64,000 bases of DNA from Auanema rhodensis (GCA_964057225.1 OZ059896.1:13144001-13208000); one strand, 5' to 3'; positions 27,934 to 44,395 are shown, counted from the stretch's first letter. The notes: generated from the letters alone by a model not told the origin. Numbers and translations: made by a program.

Positions 27934-30900
27934 TTAAAAATACATTGCTAGCCTTTGAATCTGAACGAGATCGTCAAGAATATGATATCTGTAAGTACAT
28001 TTAGTTAATTGTTCATAATCTTATTGAAACCTGCTTGCACCAAACTTTCGCGAGATCTCCTGTTTTTCAAGTGTAGATAAGTGCAAGAAATGGGTAACTA
28101 AATCACCATCTACCATATTTTTCTGGTTAGCATTATTCACGATTGGACGTGTCGGTTTAGCTGCTCTGGATCCCTGCAAAAAAAAATAACAAAAAAAACA
28201 CTCCCGGTAAACCTTTGGATTCAATCCTGCATCATGTCGTAGGCCCACCGTCATGAATTGGTGCAACGTTGATAACCTTCTAAATATGATAATATTTATT
28301 TCCGAAAGTATTTAATAATATTAATTGCCTAAAGGTTTTTTCATTTATTGGACGGACAAAACCTAATGACCCATCAAGTGATGCCCATATACTAGTTTGT
28401 TGTTGAGCGAACATTTTCGATTCTTCCGGGCTAGTATCGTGAAACAACGGATTTCCTGAACTGACCTAGTCAACAACACATATTCATTGAAATAACCTTT
28501 AATTCTCATCCAAGCATTAACATTTGTTCCAACATTGATAACTGATCGTAAAATCAATTTTTCTCCCCCAGAAGATTCTTTGAGTTCTGGCATATAATTA
28601 AACATACATATGTTTCCACATTCGTCAGATAATACAAATCCCAAATGACTATACGAAGTTGTATTATTGAAATGAAGATGTTAGATGCTTACTTGTTATC
28701 TACGATGTATTGAGCTTGCATAGGAGATTGTACAGCAAGTCTATCATCACGAGCAGCAACAGATAGAGCTTTGAATTGTTCCTAAACTACTTATCTTATA
28801 AAAGTCATACCATGAAAAACTAACCTGAAATCGAACCAACGAAACAGACTCTTGCATGTCACAAGCCAAAGCTAAATTACGAAAACTTTTGAGAGAATGA
28901 ACATAATAATGCATATCCAGAAAACTAACTCCTTGTAGTTCATTGTCCTTTAAGCCCCATATAAAAATCTGCAGTTTTATAGGCGTGTACATTATGCAAA
29001 CTTTATATTCAACCTTTTGTCCCATTCCTGTCAGAAGGAATCCACTAACAGCACAAATAGAAGTAACTGGGCCTTTTTGTTCTGCATCATAAACTATCTA
29101 AGAAAACCAATTATATATATATATATATATATATAAGATTTTTATAATACCTTTATCTTATGCTTTGAGGTAGGTAAACCAGGCATAGGAACAACTTCAA
29201 TTATTTCAGCGAGAATAATACGTCCTCGGACAAGATGCTAATATATATACTAAAATTCATAAGCAGTGATATATCAAAAACCTCTTCTCCAAAATTGTTT
29301 ATTGTTCCCACAGCTAAATATGTTTGAAAACCACTAATTGTCGATTCAGATTTCAATGCGACTTCCTCACAAGCCGTCACATGCTCCATTACTTCGAATT
29401 CTATAGAGGTGTTAGGAACAGGAGCCCAATCCGAAGGAGAGTACAACTACAATTTGAACCATTAGACAAATACATTAATAATAATTTCATACATTCAGCG
29501 TGAAATGAGGAATTGTAGGAAGAACAAAATCTTCAGATTTCTCATGTACTTCCTCTTGCTTATCATCATTAATTACGACCCAAATTTTATTACACGGTCG
29601 AGGATTAGAAGTAACAACTACATAAACCTTAAATTGGGATATTTCAATGTCGCAAAATGTTTAACCATACTTGACTTTCCATCATATACTGCGTAAAATG
29701 AACAGTAGCACCGACAGGGACCTTTTTACAAGGGTATGGTAAATCATAGTCATAATCAATCTGCAACAAAGCATAAAATATTGAATCAAGGCATTACTAT
29801 ACCGGAAGTTGAGATATTCTAAGTTCTTGAAATTTTTCAGCTAAATAGATGAAGCCATTTGATACATTCAAGTTATTAAACACAGTCAGTGATTTTATCG
29901 GTCCATCAACAATCAATGGATGAGAACGCAATCCACCCCAGGCTCCGTAGAAAATTAGAGTAGGATAATTCCCACAAATAACTGCTCCGTGCATCTAAAT
30001 TAGTTTAATCTATATTTCCCCATATAATAAGAAATACAATTGAAGAGATCCGCTCGAAAGGTTGTATGACTCGTCCATGATTTTTGTCCTGTCCGATTTC
30101 AACCTATAATATTTTATGAAAAGCAAAGATATGTTTAATAACCTCTGTTCTTCTACCGTCTAACCCCATATATGGACCCGACCGTAGACACACTGACAAT
30201 GGTAATCTTTTGAAAGCAATACAGAGATGGCCTAAAATTCTATTTTTTTATTGCTCACGGAAGTGTTCACCTTTCTGATTATTTGGAACTCTATACATTT
30301 CATATGCGATAACCATATCATCGATGACAGCAAGTAGAACTGGACGACATTGACTTATACCCATGCCTGATATCAAATTTGAACGTGTATTCGCAGCATT
30401 GAAAGCACACCTATTATGTCCAGCTCCTCAATACGTTCATCCTGCCTCACAACTTCAGAATGATCATGGATTCCGTCTGATTCACCTTCTTTAACTTTCC
30501 TCTCCAAATCATGAACTAAAGCAAAAGTGTAAACATTAAAACTTGAATTTCATTACCCATCTCTTTTCTATCCTTTTCTTCTTCCTCTTCTGTTATATCA
30601 AAAAGCATTGTTGGCATCCCGGAAAACCTTCGCACCTATATTTCCTGGATTAATTATGAAATATTTTTGATACCCACTTGGAATACTAGATGAACATCAG
30701 GAAGCGAACATATAATAAGTTTACCATTATCCTTTGCCATTACTAACCAAAAAGTGGGTTCCACTAAAAATAATTTAATAAGCAGATAGATATGAATATA
30801 AATGCCTGAGTTTGGATCTATGGCGTCAGACTCTTCCCCTCCTGTTACATCAGACAATACTCCTCCTTTCTTTCTTTTTCGTATTATAACATCTGAATAC

Positions 30901-33738
30901 ATTTGGTTGTATATTTCGAGGTAACACGAACCTGATGCCGTATTGTTTTCTTTCGTACAGGATTCGCCATAGAGTAAAATGTCTTCAGCATCTTCTAATA
31001 AATTTTCTTGCGAATCATTCTTGAACATTTTGTTCTAAAAATGTTGTCATACAATCAAATAACTTAATTTTAGCTCACGGAATCATTCTCACTCATCTGG
31101 TGTTCATAATATGAAACAGTTGATCTCGTCATCATACCACTCATATCTTTATATATAGAAATTGCTGTCATTGTGGACAAACCCAGGTGTGTGTCGCTTA
31201 ATTCGATCTCCTTAAAACAGAATTACATATGAACCTATCAAATTCGATATCACCTTCAATTGTACATAAGGCTGAAGCACAAGTTGAAAAAGAAATATTC
31301 TTCCATTTTGTGTAAGAAGGGCAACGTATGGATCTACAACAGAAGCAGATACAACAGGAAAGTTGGTGTCAAGTTCAACTAATTGTAACTGTTGGTTATC
31401 CGTAATAAGAGCTAAGCTCATAGAAGTTACCTAATAATAAAATAATTTGAAAAACACACATATACACAGATTACTTGAATAACAATAGCGCCATCTGCTA
31501 GTTCACCAGAAAATAATGTAGGTTCGGAAGTAATAAATAGTGAATCTTCGATTTCAACCATTTCTTCGCCCAATTCTAATGCCAACGTTGATCGAGCCTT
31601 AGATACAATCAAATACCTAATGCAAATTACTTGTCGGAATATAAGTTTTTATCAAACCTATGTGAACCGTCTTCGTGTTGGCCAACCGCCCACAAGTATT
31701 GTGCACCTTCTAATCTGTAAAAAACAGTCTGGAAACAATTAGAGTACTTACCCACTACTGGTGATAATGTCAGGGCGAATGGTTCGTTGGAACACACAAA
31801 TGGAGCCATTCTTTCCATGACCACTAGCTGTTACCTACGTTTAACAACATCAGTATAAACACAAAAAAACTAAGTACCATGTCGAAAATAGGACAAGCTC
31901 TATCATCATTTTGAATGTATGGGCATGAAGGATAAGTGTGACCAGCAGCAAGAAATTTTATAGGACCAACATTTTTCAAAGTATCAAGCTCAGAAAATTC
32001 CCAAGATTCTTCGTAAACAGAGCAAGTTTTATCCTGAATATAAGTTATTCAGTCCACATGTTTGTATTCTTACCTCTATGTCATCCTCAATTGAACCGTA
32101 AAGTTCTAAGTCTTCCTCATCAAGCTCTATATTTAAATTTCTTGCTTTTTTAATGGAAGGTTCATCTTGATCCTTTACAGTTATTACTAAATTTGATTCA
32201 TGAAAAGCATATTAACTTTTTGAGTTTACATTTTGAGCTTATAGAATATTTCAGTAATTGAGAGTCTCCTAACCGCGATCCAATAAATAAGTGACCAGGA
32301 GCACAAACCGACATTGTGAATGGAATTGATATATCTAGAGTAATTCTTAATAACACTAGTTCCAGTAAATGTTTTTACCATATAAATGTTTCAAGGTTAA
32401 ACCTTTAACTGTATTCGCACTATCTGTATTCAAAGAGAGAAGAAAAAGCCTTCCATCCATAGTTCCAACGCCAATGTTACCATTGCCTAGCCAAACGGGG
32501 CATGATGCATCAAGAGTCATAGAGAGATATTTCATATCCTGTTAAAATATAGAAAATCAAGCAGAAAAATTAGTGATCAACCTTTAGAGGAAACTTAGTA
32601 TAGTTATCATAACAGCTGTTTAAGAGAATTCCACAAGGAGGAACAGCTTGATTTAAATAAATGGCATCGTTTGAACCAAAAACAATAGCACCACCAATAG
32701 GCTTTGGAACAGCCAATAATCTAAACAAAATAAAACAAAATAAAAAAATTATGTCAAAACGCGCCTATGACTATCCATTGGTAAACTGCTCAGTTGCCAT
32801 ACCACGGCAAAATGATTATCATTTACATTCACAGAAACACCCATTATGCACATAGTATCAAAACGTATCGATGCTCTGCAGAATAATAAATAACCTTCAT
32901 GCCATTGAAACTCTAATACCTTCCAGCAGTAGTTTGTAAGGGCTCAAAAAGAAAAAGCAATGTTGGTTCATAATAACCATCAAGAAAAACAATATCTATT
33001 ACATTTTCCAGCCTGTATAATATCTATATAAGAAAAACCTTTCAGAATCAACAACCTGGAATCTATTTGTTTCAAAGAAACAATAAAGCTTTTAATGTGA
33101 CTTTGTCCTTCGATAAATGGCAAAATAGCAAGATGTTTTCCATAGACTAACATTGCAGCACATCTATTACACGGATCAGTCTGAACAGGCGAATGAAATC
33201 ATTAAGAGAGAAAAAACTTACTCTAACAAGTGGGCTTGCAAAATTCTTAGTATTGCCCTCACGAAGATACTCATCTTCAAAGCAATGCATAGAGATAGTG
33301 TTTAATTTTCTTTCTTTTTCACTCATAACAGCAATTGAAAGTTTAGCATCATCAAAAGCTAATAAGATACCTTCACAATCATGAACTAAAAACAAAATGA
33401 CACGATAATTTACTAAGCTTTGCTTTCTCACATGGTACTTTTGAAGTTGCAAATGATCGAACAGGAGCGAATAATCTTGTGCTAAACACGCATTCTAATT
33501 TAGTTTTCTGTTTCCAATCTTCTGATGAGTTTGACGGAGGAACTAAAGCATACGGATTTGTTCTAAATATTCTTAGATATTTAGCGCCTATTGTGAGCAG
33601 TTGATTTCCTTCAATTGTTCGTATTAATAATAAGCATCAAACACTACCCAAACCAGAATCTTTTCCTGGTAAAAATTTTCCATAAGCGCTAAAATTGACG
33701 GTAGTTGAATCATCTGTTTCATGGAGGAAGGCATACAT
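27934..33738 (-). CDS. cpsf-1: Cleavage and polyadenylation specificity factor subunit 1 (CPSF160)
   Basis: [66 protein letters not shown]|[28 protein letters not shown]; ends [16 protein letters not shown]. Confidence 0.95.
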
Positions 33739-33860
33739 TAGAAATACACTCTGTAAGACTTACTATCTTCGATAAAACTAGAAAAAAAAGTAAATATCGA
33801 AAACACGTATCAAAAACACAAATATTAGGTGAATAATTTATTTCAACAGAATAAGTTTAA

Positions 33861-34709
33861 TTAGGCATTTTTTAACGTTTTCCAAAAATTAGGATTAAGC
33901 TTGAATCTACGAGTGAAATTATTTATCCATTCTGTAAAGGCATGAAGCGGTACATAATCAGCAAATCCTTAAAAAAATGTTTTAATTCAAAGAATTACAC
34001 TACAAAACCTTGACCGTCCTGTTTAGGCAATCTGACAACAAAAGATTCCACATGATTTACAAGATTTTTAACCATACTGTCTCCAAATTCGGCCAGAGTG
34101 CTCTGTGGAAGTTTTTTATAAATATTAGTGAAATTTTTTAATGTATTTTGTATTTAATTAAGAATTAAAGTAACCTTGTCAGAAGGAATAGTGTCGTGTT
34201 CTACTACTTTGATTTCAATACTCTGCAAGCTCTCCACCATTATTCCAATTTGAGCACAGCCGGCAGATGCAATGTTGCAACCTTGCCCATCAAACATATT
34301 GAGGCATTTAGCATCAGCATATCGTACCTATTGAGACAGTATTCTATACGTAAAGATGCTCAATTTTACCTGAGCTATTTTAAAAATTGCACTTTGCTTT
34401 TGATTACATATATACCCCAAGAAATGCCAATTACTTTCGGCACCAGGCATTGGCCACCGAATATACACTAATAAAATTTCATGACAGCTTTAACTCACTG
34501 AGATCAAACCTGAACCCCCCATATCAGCAGGAAATGCACCCGTCCCTGTCATAAAAACAACGACATGATTAACAGTTTCAATATTGGGAACTTCGCACAA
34601 AAATTCTGTTTCTCCCAACTGATTGAACTCCTGCGGCTGAAACCGAATATCACAAGAAGCAATCTACCCAAAAACTTACAAGTCTTCCCGCTACTACTAT
34701 AGCAAACAT
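33861..34709 (-). CDS. Hikeshi/OPI10 (DUF775) homologue
   Basis: MFAIVVAGRL|PQEF..NHVVVFMTGTGAFPADMGGS|VYIRWP..WHFLGYICNQKQSAIFKI..YVPLHA..WINNFTRRFKLNPNFWK; matches the recalled Hikeshi family pattern. Confidence 0.88.
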
Positions 34710-34910
34710 GAATAAGCCTGTCTAATACACCTAAAATATATATTTTTTTTTCGCAATAGGTGTCATCAATATAATTCGCTCTTAACTACTCAATTCAAAC
34801 TTAACGGATATATAGAAAGTTTAATTACCGTTAAATATATATATATATATACAATTAAACGGAAATAACATAAAGTACGAGATGCAGATCAGAAAGTACA
34901 ACGTGATAAG

Positions 34911-36164
<1,254 letters not shown>

Positions 36165-37750
36165 AGATCAACTTCCTAACGGTTATGTAAACTTCTTAAC
36201 GAATTGATGCTCTAGCTAACTAGGTTGCTCGTTATTGCGAATCAGATGATAAATTCCTAATCAAGGGATGTAATACCTAAATCGTTTTGGAGTAGTCTCA
36301 CAGGGTTTCCCTATTACACAAACAATTTTTAACTAGAATTTTATCGAAAAGCATAAAACCGCATGCATTATTATAACAGAAAAAACATACCTGACAACAG
36401 AATTAAACCGCGAAATAAACCAGTTAACCTTGACACGCGTCGGTATTGATTTTAGACTTCGTCACGGGACCCATATATATATATATTAGATGAGAGCATA
36501 GATGTAAAACAGGATCCAAATACTTTTCATTGAATAAATTCATTCTTAGAGTTCTATATTCATTGCTTTATTAACAAATACTTTACCATTATTATCATTC
36601 AACATTTAATTGTTATGTTTTTCTAATCTGCTTTTTTTCTCAAATGCATTATTGTTTTTTAAATAAGTAAAAGTTCAAAATTTACGTAGTTTCATTCTGT
36701 TTTAAATATTAAGAACCAAACAAAAAACATTTAGAATATAAACTTTTTAATTATATAATAGGTTTTGATATCTCACTAACTCAGCTCCCTTAAATACCAG
36801 AAATTCACAATATTGCTCGTACACGTATACTATTCAAAAAAAGCGGAACAAAGCTATTCCAGAGATAGACCAACAGTTTCTTCTTTATGAAGTAGTAAAA
36901 TTTGAAATTTTTGTAGATTACATACCCCAATGATACAATGATAGCATTAAATATTCCTGCTAAGGAAGTATTGATATACTGTATTAGCTTACAAAAAATA
37001 TCGTATACAAGAAGAGCAGGAAAGCAACTATAAGCTAAATAGAGTGCCACGTCTTAAGTTTTCTTCTTTATACCGCCCAAGCTGTAACATGGAGCAGTCA
37101 ATAAAAAGGAGTTGAGATCAGGAGACGGTACTGAAACAATGAATCCGGGCAGTTCAATATTTAATGTTCCATATCTGTATGGAACATCAAGCTATTGATA
37201 TTTTCCAGATATTATCGAATTGTTGATATAGGTAATTTGAGTTAGGAGCTTTCTTACTAATTGAAATTATAGTCAATAAATCAATTATTAAGATATAATA
37301 ATCATTGGGCTTTACAACAATGTATAGAAATTCTTAATGGAACAAAATACATTGCTCTCCACATTTTCCATTTTCTACATTAAAATCAAGTCTAAAGCGA
37401 AGAATCGAAAAAGAAATGAACTGGATTTTTTCCTAGTTCCTAATGCATAATTTTTGGTGTTTATAAATCTATTTTTTTTTGTTTTTCATTTTTCAAAACT
37501 GTCTGTTTGAACAATAAAACTTAATTAGTAATAACCCTTTGTATATTATTCGCAAAGTATTATGATTATCATTAAAAAATGGAACTAATAGAAAAACTGA
37601 TTTATGAAATCTATGCAGCACATCGAAATGAATTCTAGAACCCGATCCTTAAAAAGTTCATTGTTTGGGCGGGCGGTACTGTGAATGAAAATCCATATAA
37701 AAGCCGATAAGAATGTTTCTATAGGTAGTGTCGGCCTTCAGGTATCAGCT

Positions 37751-38878
37751 ATGGACATTGATACAAAAATAAAGGCATATCGCTTTGTTGCTTATTCGGC
37801 TGTAGTCTTTTCGGTCATTGCTGTTCTTTCCGTATGCATAACTCTCCCAATTGTTTACAATTATGTGCATACTGTTAGAAGACAACTTCATAACGAAGCA
37901 GCTCTTTGCAAGGTTTAGTTTGCTTGTTATTATAATTAAATAGGATATTTTCAATTTTAGGGTCAGACCCAGGATGTTTGGGCAGATGTATACAAATTAA
38001 AGCAGTATGCTAATCACAATAATCGTACAGCTCGTCAAGCAGGTTATGGAGGGGAGCCTGAAGTTTACAAACCTGTTTCAAATTCCTATGGTGACTCTAA
38101 CTCTTACGGTCCTTCTACCGGATCATACTCTTCATCTGATTCTGGAGCATACGGCAGTCTTCCACAAAATCAAGGATATAATAATTACAATCCACCTGAG
38201 CCTCAGATTGAAACTGGTTGCGAAGGATGTTGCCAACCTGGACCAGTCGGACCACCAGGACCTGCAGGAAAACCAGGAAGACCAGGTAGACCAGGAGCAC
38301 CAGGAATGCCCGGAAACCCAGGAAAGCCACCAAACAAGCCTTGTGATGTTGTCACTCCTCCACCTTGTAAACCATGCCCACAAGGACCTCCAGGACCACC
38401 AGGGCCACCAGGACTTCCAGGAGATAATGGAGCTGCAGGAGAAACTGGAGAACCTGGTCAGGACGCCGAGGCTGGAGAGCAAGGTCCACGTGGTCCTCCA
38501 GGACCACCAGGAAAACCTGGACAGCCGGGCGAACCCGGAGAGCCTGGACTTCCAGCTGAATGTGAACCAGTTACCCCAGGAGAGCCTGGTCCTGATGGAG
38601 AACCAGGTCCACAAGGACCCCCAGGAGTTTCAGGACAACCAGGAACTGATGGAGCTCCAGGTAAATAATAAACAGAATTATTTGCCAAGCAATGTTTTAT
38701 TTTAGGACAACAAGGACCTAAAGGATCTCCTGGACCCGACGGACAGCCAGGAGCTGATGGTAATCCCGGACAACCTGGACCAGTCGGCCCACCAGGAGCA
38801 GCTGGAGAAAGAGGAATCTGTCCAAAATATTGCGCTATTGATGGTGGAATTTTCTTCGAAGATGGAACTCGTCGTTAA
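37751..38878 (+). CDS. Nematode cuticle collagen
   Basis: [22 protein letters not shown] site, CEGCCQPGP, Gly-X-Y blocks, [23 protein letters not shown] box at about 37695. Confidence 0.95.
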
Positions 38879-39415
38879 CCCCATTGTTTTAAAAGATATT
38901 ATTTATTCAAACTTCTTTCCGTTCCATATTATAAAGATTTCTCAGCAATCATAAAATTATAAACTGTTGCAAACAAGGAATGTCATGCCTGAAAAAGCTT
39001 AATTGATAAAAACGAAAAGTTAAAAATTGAGTGTTTTAAAATCGTACTTTTATGAGACAAGATGTGATATGTGTATATATGTTGTATACATACATGAAAT
39101 GATTCAAACGCGCTTTCAAATAAACCCACTCAAGAAAAATAGTGCCTGCAGCAAATGCATCCCTCTCAATGAGAAGAGAATACTTATACAAACATGTTCT
39201 AACAACTCTAATCATACGACTAGAATGGAAGTTTCTGTAAGTCAAAAACCAATGCCTTTTCTTGGATTTAATATCTAGTATACTTCAATGAATTGTTATT
39301 ATCCATATGAATGAGGACGATTTTATCTTAGCAAGATTATGATCCTACTTGTTCACGTATATCTAGTTCAAAAAAGAACTTATTTAAGCCGTGTTAACAT
39401 TCATTATAGTATGTT

Positions 39416-40421
39416 ATGGATTCTCTTAATCGGGTGAGACATATTACTGCTTTTCTGGCTTATTTTTTTTTCTAGATAAAAGCCTATCGGTTTGTGGCTT
39501 ATTCGGCCGTTACTTTTTCTATAGTCGCTGTTTTATCAGTATGTATTACCCTACCAATGGTTTACAACTATGTTCATAAGATAAGAACAAATATAAAAGG
39601 AGAAATTATTTTTTGTCGAGTAGGTTGATCATAATATTCATTTATTCATTGAATGTTCACAGGATTCAAGTCGCGATATTTGGGCAGAAGTTCAAGAGAT
39701 AAAACAGCTACAGAAAACTAATAGGACTGTTCGCCAATCTGGATATGTGGAGCGTTCAACAGATTACGCAATTCATAAAGATCAAATGGTTATAAGAGCA
39801 GGAGGATGCCAAGATTGTTGTGTTCCTGGCCCTCCAGGTTCCCCTGGAGCTGCTGGAAAGCCTGGCAAACCTGGAAAACCTGGTACACCTGGTTTGCCCG
39901 GAAATCCTGGAAAACCTCCAGATGAGCCTTGTGAACCAATCACTCCGCCTCCATGTACACCATGTCCTCCCGGAAATCCAGGCCCCGCTGGACCCCCAGG
40001 TCCACCTGGAGATCTGGGGAAAAAAGGCGAAAAAGGTCTCCCAGGAGATGATGCTCCACCTGGAGAACCCGGCCCGAAAGGTCTACCAGGTTCTGCTGGA
40101 AAACCAGGAGCACCAGGAATGCCTGGAGCTCCTGGGCCTGATGCGAAAACTGAAAATCTAATTCCCGGAGATCCAGGAACTGTTGGTGAAGCTGGTCCTC
40201 CAGGACCTCCTGGACCTCCTGGTTTACCTGGACTAGATGGATCTCAAGGACCTGCTGGTGCAAAAGGAGAAACAGGACAACCTGGTCGCCCAGGGGCGGA
40301 GGGCAAGCCCGGACCACCAGGTTCTGCTGGTGAAAAAGGATCAAAGGGAGAGAAAGGAATTTGCCCAAAGTATTGTGCTATTGATGGTGGCGTATTCTTC
40401 GAGGACGGAAGCCGACGATAA
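39416..40421 (+). CDS. Nematode cuticle collagen (tandem paralogue)
   Basis: MDSLNR|[16 protein letters not shown] site, CQDCCVPGP, Gly-X-Y blocks, [19 protein letters not shown]. Confidence 0.95.
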
Positions 40422-40732
40422 ATTAGAACTTTAGGTTCATGTGAATACTTCTTACCGCTTGATGATTTACTTTACATTAAAAAGTTTTGAAGAATTCAAC
40501 TTTCAATGATGTTGTTTCCTACACATGTCTTGAACTTACAATGATTTGTGTGTTTTTAAAATATTATTTTGGAAATAAATCAATTATGTCTTAATTATTC
40601 AATTATGAATAAAATCAATTATTCGTCTAATGTGTTAGCTTTATTGTAATTAGTTCAGGAAAATATATTCTAAACTACACATATTTCTGTTTAAGAAACT
40701 TGGGCAATCACTATTTCGTATACATTTTTTAA

Positions 40733-42064
40733 TCACTTTCGGTATCCACTAATATCTGAAGGAGTATCTTGAGAAGGTTTTGAATTTAAGTTAGCTAGTG
40801 AAATATCAATAGTGTTTATATTGGTTAGAATGTTGGACATGTTTCCACCTATTTGTACATTGTTTTGAGTTTGAGAATTCGTTTGAACCGCCACTCTGAA
40901 AAAAAACTTTAAATTTATTTGCAGTGTTTTTGCACTTACTGTCCTGTCCTCTTCGTAGTAGCCTTTTTTGTTGTGGTCTTGGGTGTTCTTGTTACCACTG
41001 TAGTTTTAAGCGCTTTTGTTGTTCTGTAAGTAGTTGGCAAGGTTGTTGTTCTCAAAGTGGTGGATCTTGTGGTTCGTATAGACGGAGATGTATTTCGCTT
41101 TGTGGTTCCATATTTTTTTGTTACTTTCGTTGATGAATAATTCATAACTCTAGATGTTGTTCTCGTAGTTGGTCGTGTGGTAGTCTGAATTAGAGGAACA
41201 TATCGTTTTGTTGTTTTAGTTGTTCTTCTTGTAGTTGGTTGAGCCGTAGTCTGAATTAGAGGAACATATCGTTTTGTTGTTTTAGTTGTTCTTCTTGTAG
41301 TTGGTTGAGCAGTAGTCTGAATAAGAGTAACATATCGTTTCGTTGTTTTAGTTGTCCTTCTTGTAGTTGGTCGTGTGGTAGTCTGAATTAGAGGAACATA
41401 TCGTTTTGTTGTTTTAGTTGTTCTTCTTGTAGTTGGTTGAGCCGTAGTCTGAATTAGAGGAACATATCGTTTCGTTGTTTTCGTTGTCCTTCTTGTAGTT
41501 GGTTGAGCCGTAGTCTGAATAAGAGTAACATATCGTTTCGTTGTTTTAGTTGTTCTTCTTGTAGTTGGTCGAGCCGTAGTCTGAATTAGAGGAACATATC
41601 GTTTCGTTGTTTTAGTTGTCCTTCTTGTAGTTGGTCGAGCCGTAGTCTGAATTAGAGGAACATATCGTTTCGTTGTTTTAGTTGTTCTTCTTGTAGTTGG
41701 TCGAGCCGTAGTCTGAATTAGAGGAACATATCGTTTCGTTGTTTTCGCAACTGAAATAGACTTTCCATTTGTTTTACCATATGCAACTTTTTTAGGAGAA
41801 ACTGAAAATATTATTTACAAGCTAAACAACAAAACAAATGAAACAAAAAGTTTACCTACAACACGTGGACTATTTAATTTCTGCCCATGGTCGGCAAAAA
41901 CACCTTGAGCTTCAGGGAATTCCACTGAAATGTTCTGTCAAAGCAGTAAAAATATAAGGACGTTTAAGAAAAATTACCATAATTGGGGCAATTGGTTCAT
42001 CTTGATATTCTGCTTTAGCAAAATAAACAGTAAAGCAAAGAAAAGAAAAAGTGATTAGTTTCAT
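40733..42064 (-). CDS. Secreted Thr/Arg/Lys-rich mucin-like protein with 22-aa tandem repeats (no recognised family)
   Basis: Signal peptide MKLITFSFLCFTVYFAKA, GT-AG introns in consistent phase, and an open repeat exon of 9 x KTTKRYVPLIQTTARPTTRRTT; ends SGYRK*. Confidence 0.8.
41155..41747 (-). repeat. Coding minisatellite, 9 x 66 bp
   Basis: GTAGTCTGAA recurs at 41180, 41246, 41312 ... 41708 (period 66). Confidence 0.95.
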
Positions 42065-42650
42065 TCGATATCTAATGTCGTATGGTGTTCAAGGGTCATG
42101 AGTTTTATAGTAACTTACGTAGCCTTGAAGCACTTGCTATAACTAGGTCAATTTCTTTGGAGCTTAGTTAACGTCTATATCATAGCAATTATCTAGCATT
42201 TCTGTTTTAAGATTTGTACTGAATAAATACGATATTAAGACACAGCCATTCCAGGGGAAACACATGTTTTACCTTACGTATCTCTATTGTTTTTCAACTA
42301 ATTTGGGCGCAATCTCAGCAGTTTTGGTAATGAAAATTTTAGCAGTTTACTTATTTTTTCAGCAAAATGAAAATAAAGTGAAACTCCAGATAAAATTACA
42401 TAATTATTTAATTCTCTTTCTAATTAATCTTGTCTCGTTTTTAGCGACTGCAAGTTAAAGACGTCATATAAGCTGCGGTGATAAGAATGCTAATGATAAA
42501 CCTATTTAATCAAGAACGAAACAGCTGCTATTAAAATTATTCGTGTTATCCAATAAATCTAATCAAATTTACTACCTATTAGCTTTATATTTACAGCCTA
42601 ATGTTAATTTATTTTCTGAAAAAATACCTTTTCTGTTACATTTTAGGAAG

Positions 42651-44014
42651 ATGAACAATCGGAAAAAGAAAACAAATTCAAGTAAAATTAAAAAAGAATC
42701 AGATATAATCTCTGAATCACTCCAATATATGCCATGTAATCAGCGAACTACCCAGGTTTGAAAAATATTATGTTGAAGTAGTAGAACATTTGTTACTGTA
42801 GTACTACAAACGAATGGAAACTCTGCAAAAACATTATGAAAACGATAAAAGTTTAATGGCAAGCTTTAATAAAAATGAGGTGGAAGAAGATGAACGTTCG
42901 GAGGATCGAAATTTAGCTCATGCATCGTTGACTTTGAATATTTTATCTTTGTTTGGAAATCTCTTCGCCTCAGCTTTATCCGGATCCTTATCAATATTGA
43001 GGTAACATAGCAAACGGAACACGACTAACATACACCCATCTTTAGTCTGTTTATTGACTCATCCATGGATATTTCTTGTAGTTTAGTTATGAATATTTGT
43101 TTATCTTTAATTCAGAAGCCTGATTCCTTTAATTATCCACGCGGGCGAGAAAGGTAATGTTAAATGCAAAACTATCAGTAAACAATTGAAATAGACTCGA
43201 AGTTATTGGTGCCATGCTTTGTGCTATTTTAATGGTATTTGCTAACGTAGTTATGATTTTTCAGTCTATTTACAGTATAATTGAAGACACGGTAACAAAC
43301 CAAAAAAAAATCGAGGTTTATATTTATTGTAATTTAAGCCAGGTCCAGTAATGAACACTGTTACATTTTCAATTCTAGCTGCGCAAACTAGCTTAAAGGC
43401 TGTTTTATGTTATCTTTGCTATAAGAGAAATAGCACTTCTTCATTAGTTATTGCTATGGATCTCCGGTATTATAATCGTTTAAAAAATAATTATTTTTCA
43501 CATTTTAGAAATGATATTGCTACTAGATTGTTGGCACTTGTTTTTGCAACATTTGGAGATCATATCTGGAAGTATGCTGATTCTCTTGGAGCTGTACTTG
43601 TTTGGTATGTATACGAAATGTTATCAAATCATAATATATAGCTTTAAGTAGCATAATCGCAATTTTGTGGATAAAAAATGCGATAGATACAATTCCAACA
43701 TTGATTGGAAAATCCAGTGACGGAGATAATGTTAGTAGAATATTGAAAATAGCATTGGATCACGATTCTCGTATTAGGTTGGAATTGCTATGGTAAATTA
43801 GTTACGCATTCATTGAAATTTCAGATATATTGATCACGTTATGGTTTATCATACTGGTGAACGAGCTCTTGTTGAACTACATATTGTCATGGACGAAAAT
43901 TTGCCTTTGAAAGTAACACATGATATAAGTCATCCATTGGAGAAAAAGCTTCAACGTTTACCATTTGTAGAGAGAGTTTTCGTTCATTGCGATTACTATT
44001 GTGATGGAGATTGA
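42651..44014 (+). CDS. Cation diffusion facilitator (MTP/Mn-CDF-like) metal transporter
   Basis: SGSLSIL..LFIDSSMD, YPRGRERLE, AMDLRND, DHVMVYHTG..VELHIVMDENLPLKVTHDI, VERVFVHCDY. The start may lie in an upstream exon. Confidence 0.88.
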
Positions 44015-44395
44015 AGTGTCAATAAAGTATTGAAAAAAACAGTAATTAGTACATAATATCTGTTGAATACTGTTATCTTTTTTAGGTTATAAGGACACTT
44101 AGATTATTTCTCTGGGCTAATCAGTTCAATGATGATAGTGACATGATATTCATGAAGAAGTTGAATTTTTGAAAGCTTGAAGTCATGTTAAGGCATATGT
44201 TGCGGAAATATTCAAGAAATATTGCACACAAATAAAACAAATACATATACTCTCCTTCGTGAAGCAACACCTTTGTTACAAAATATATTATCGTAGTATA
44301 TTAATTAAAAATCTGTTCAAATTCATAGCAAACAAACGTTGACACATTTGGCACAAATTTTATCTCTTTCAACGGGAGCTATCAAAACCATGTGA

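Noticed and set aside
36780-37200. 81-aa hydrophobic ORF (36805-37050) and a 10-bp-stem hairpin at about 37164-37187
   Set aside because: GTG start, no recognisable domain or coherent exon chain. The hairpin is too short to call.
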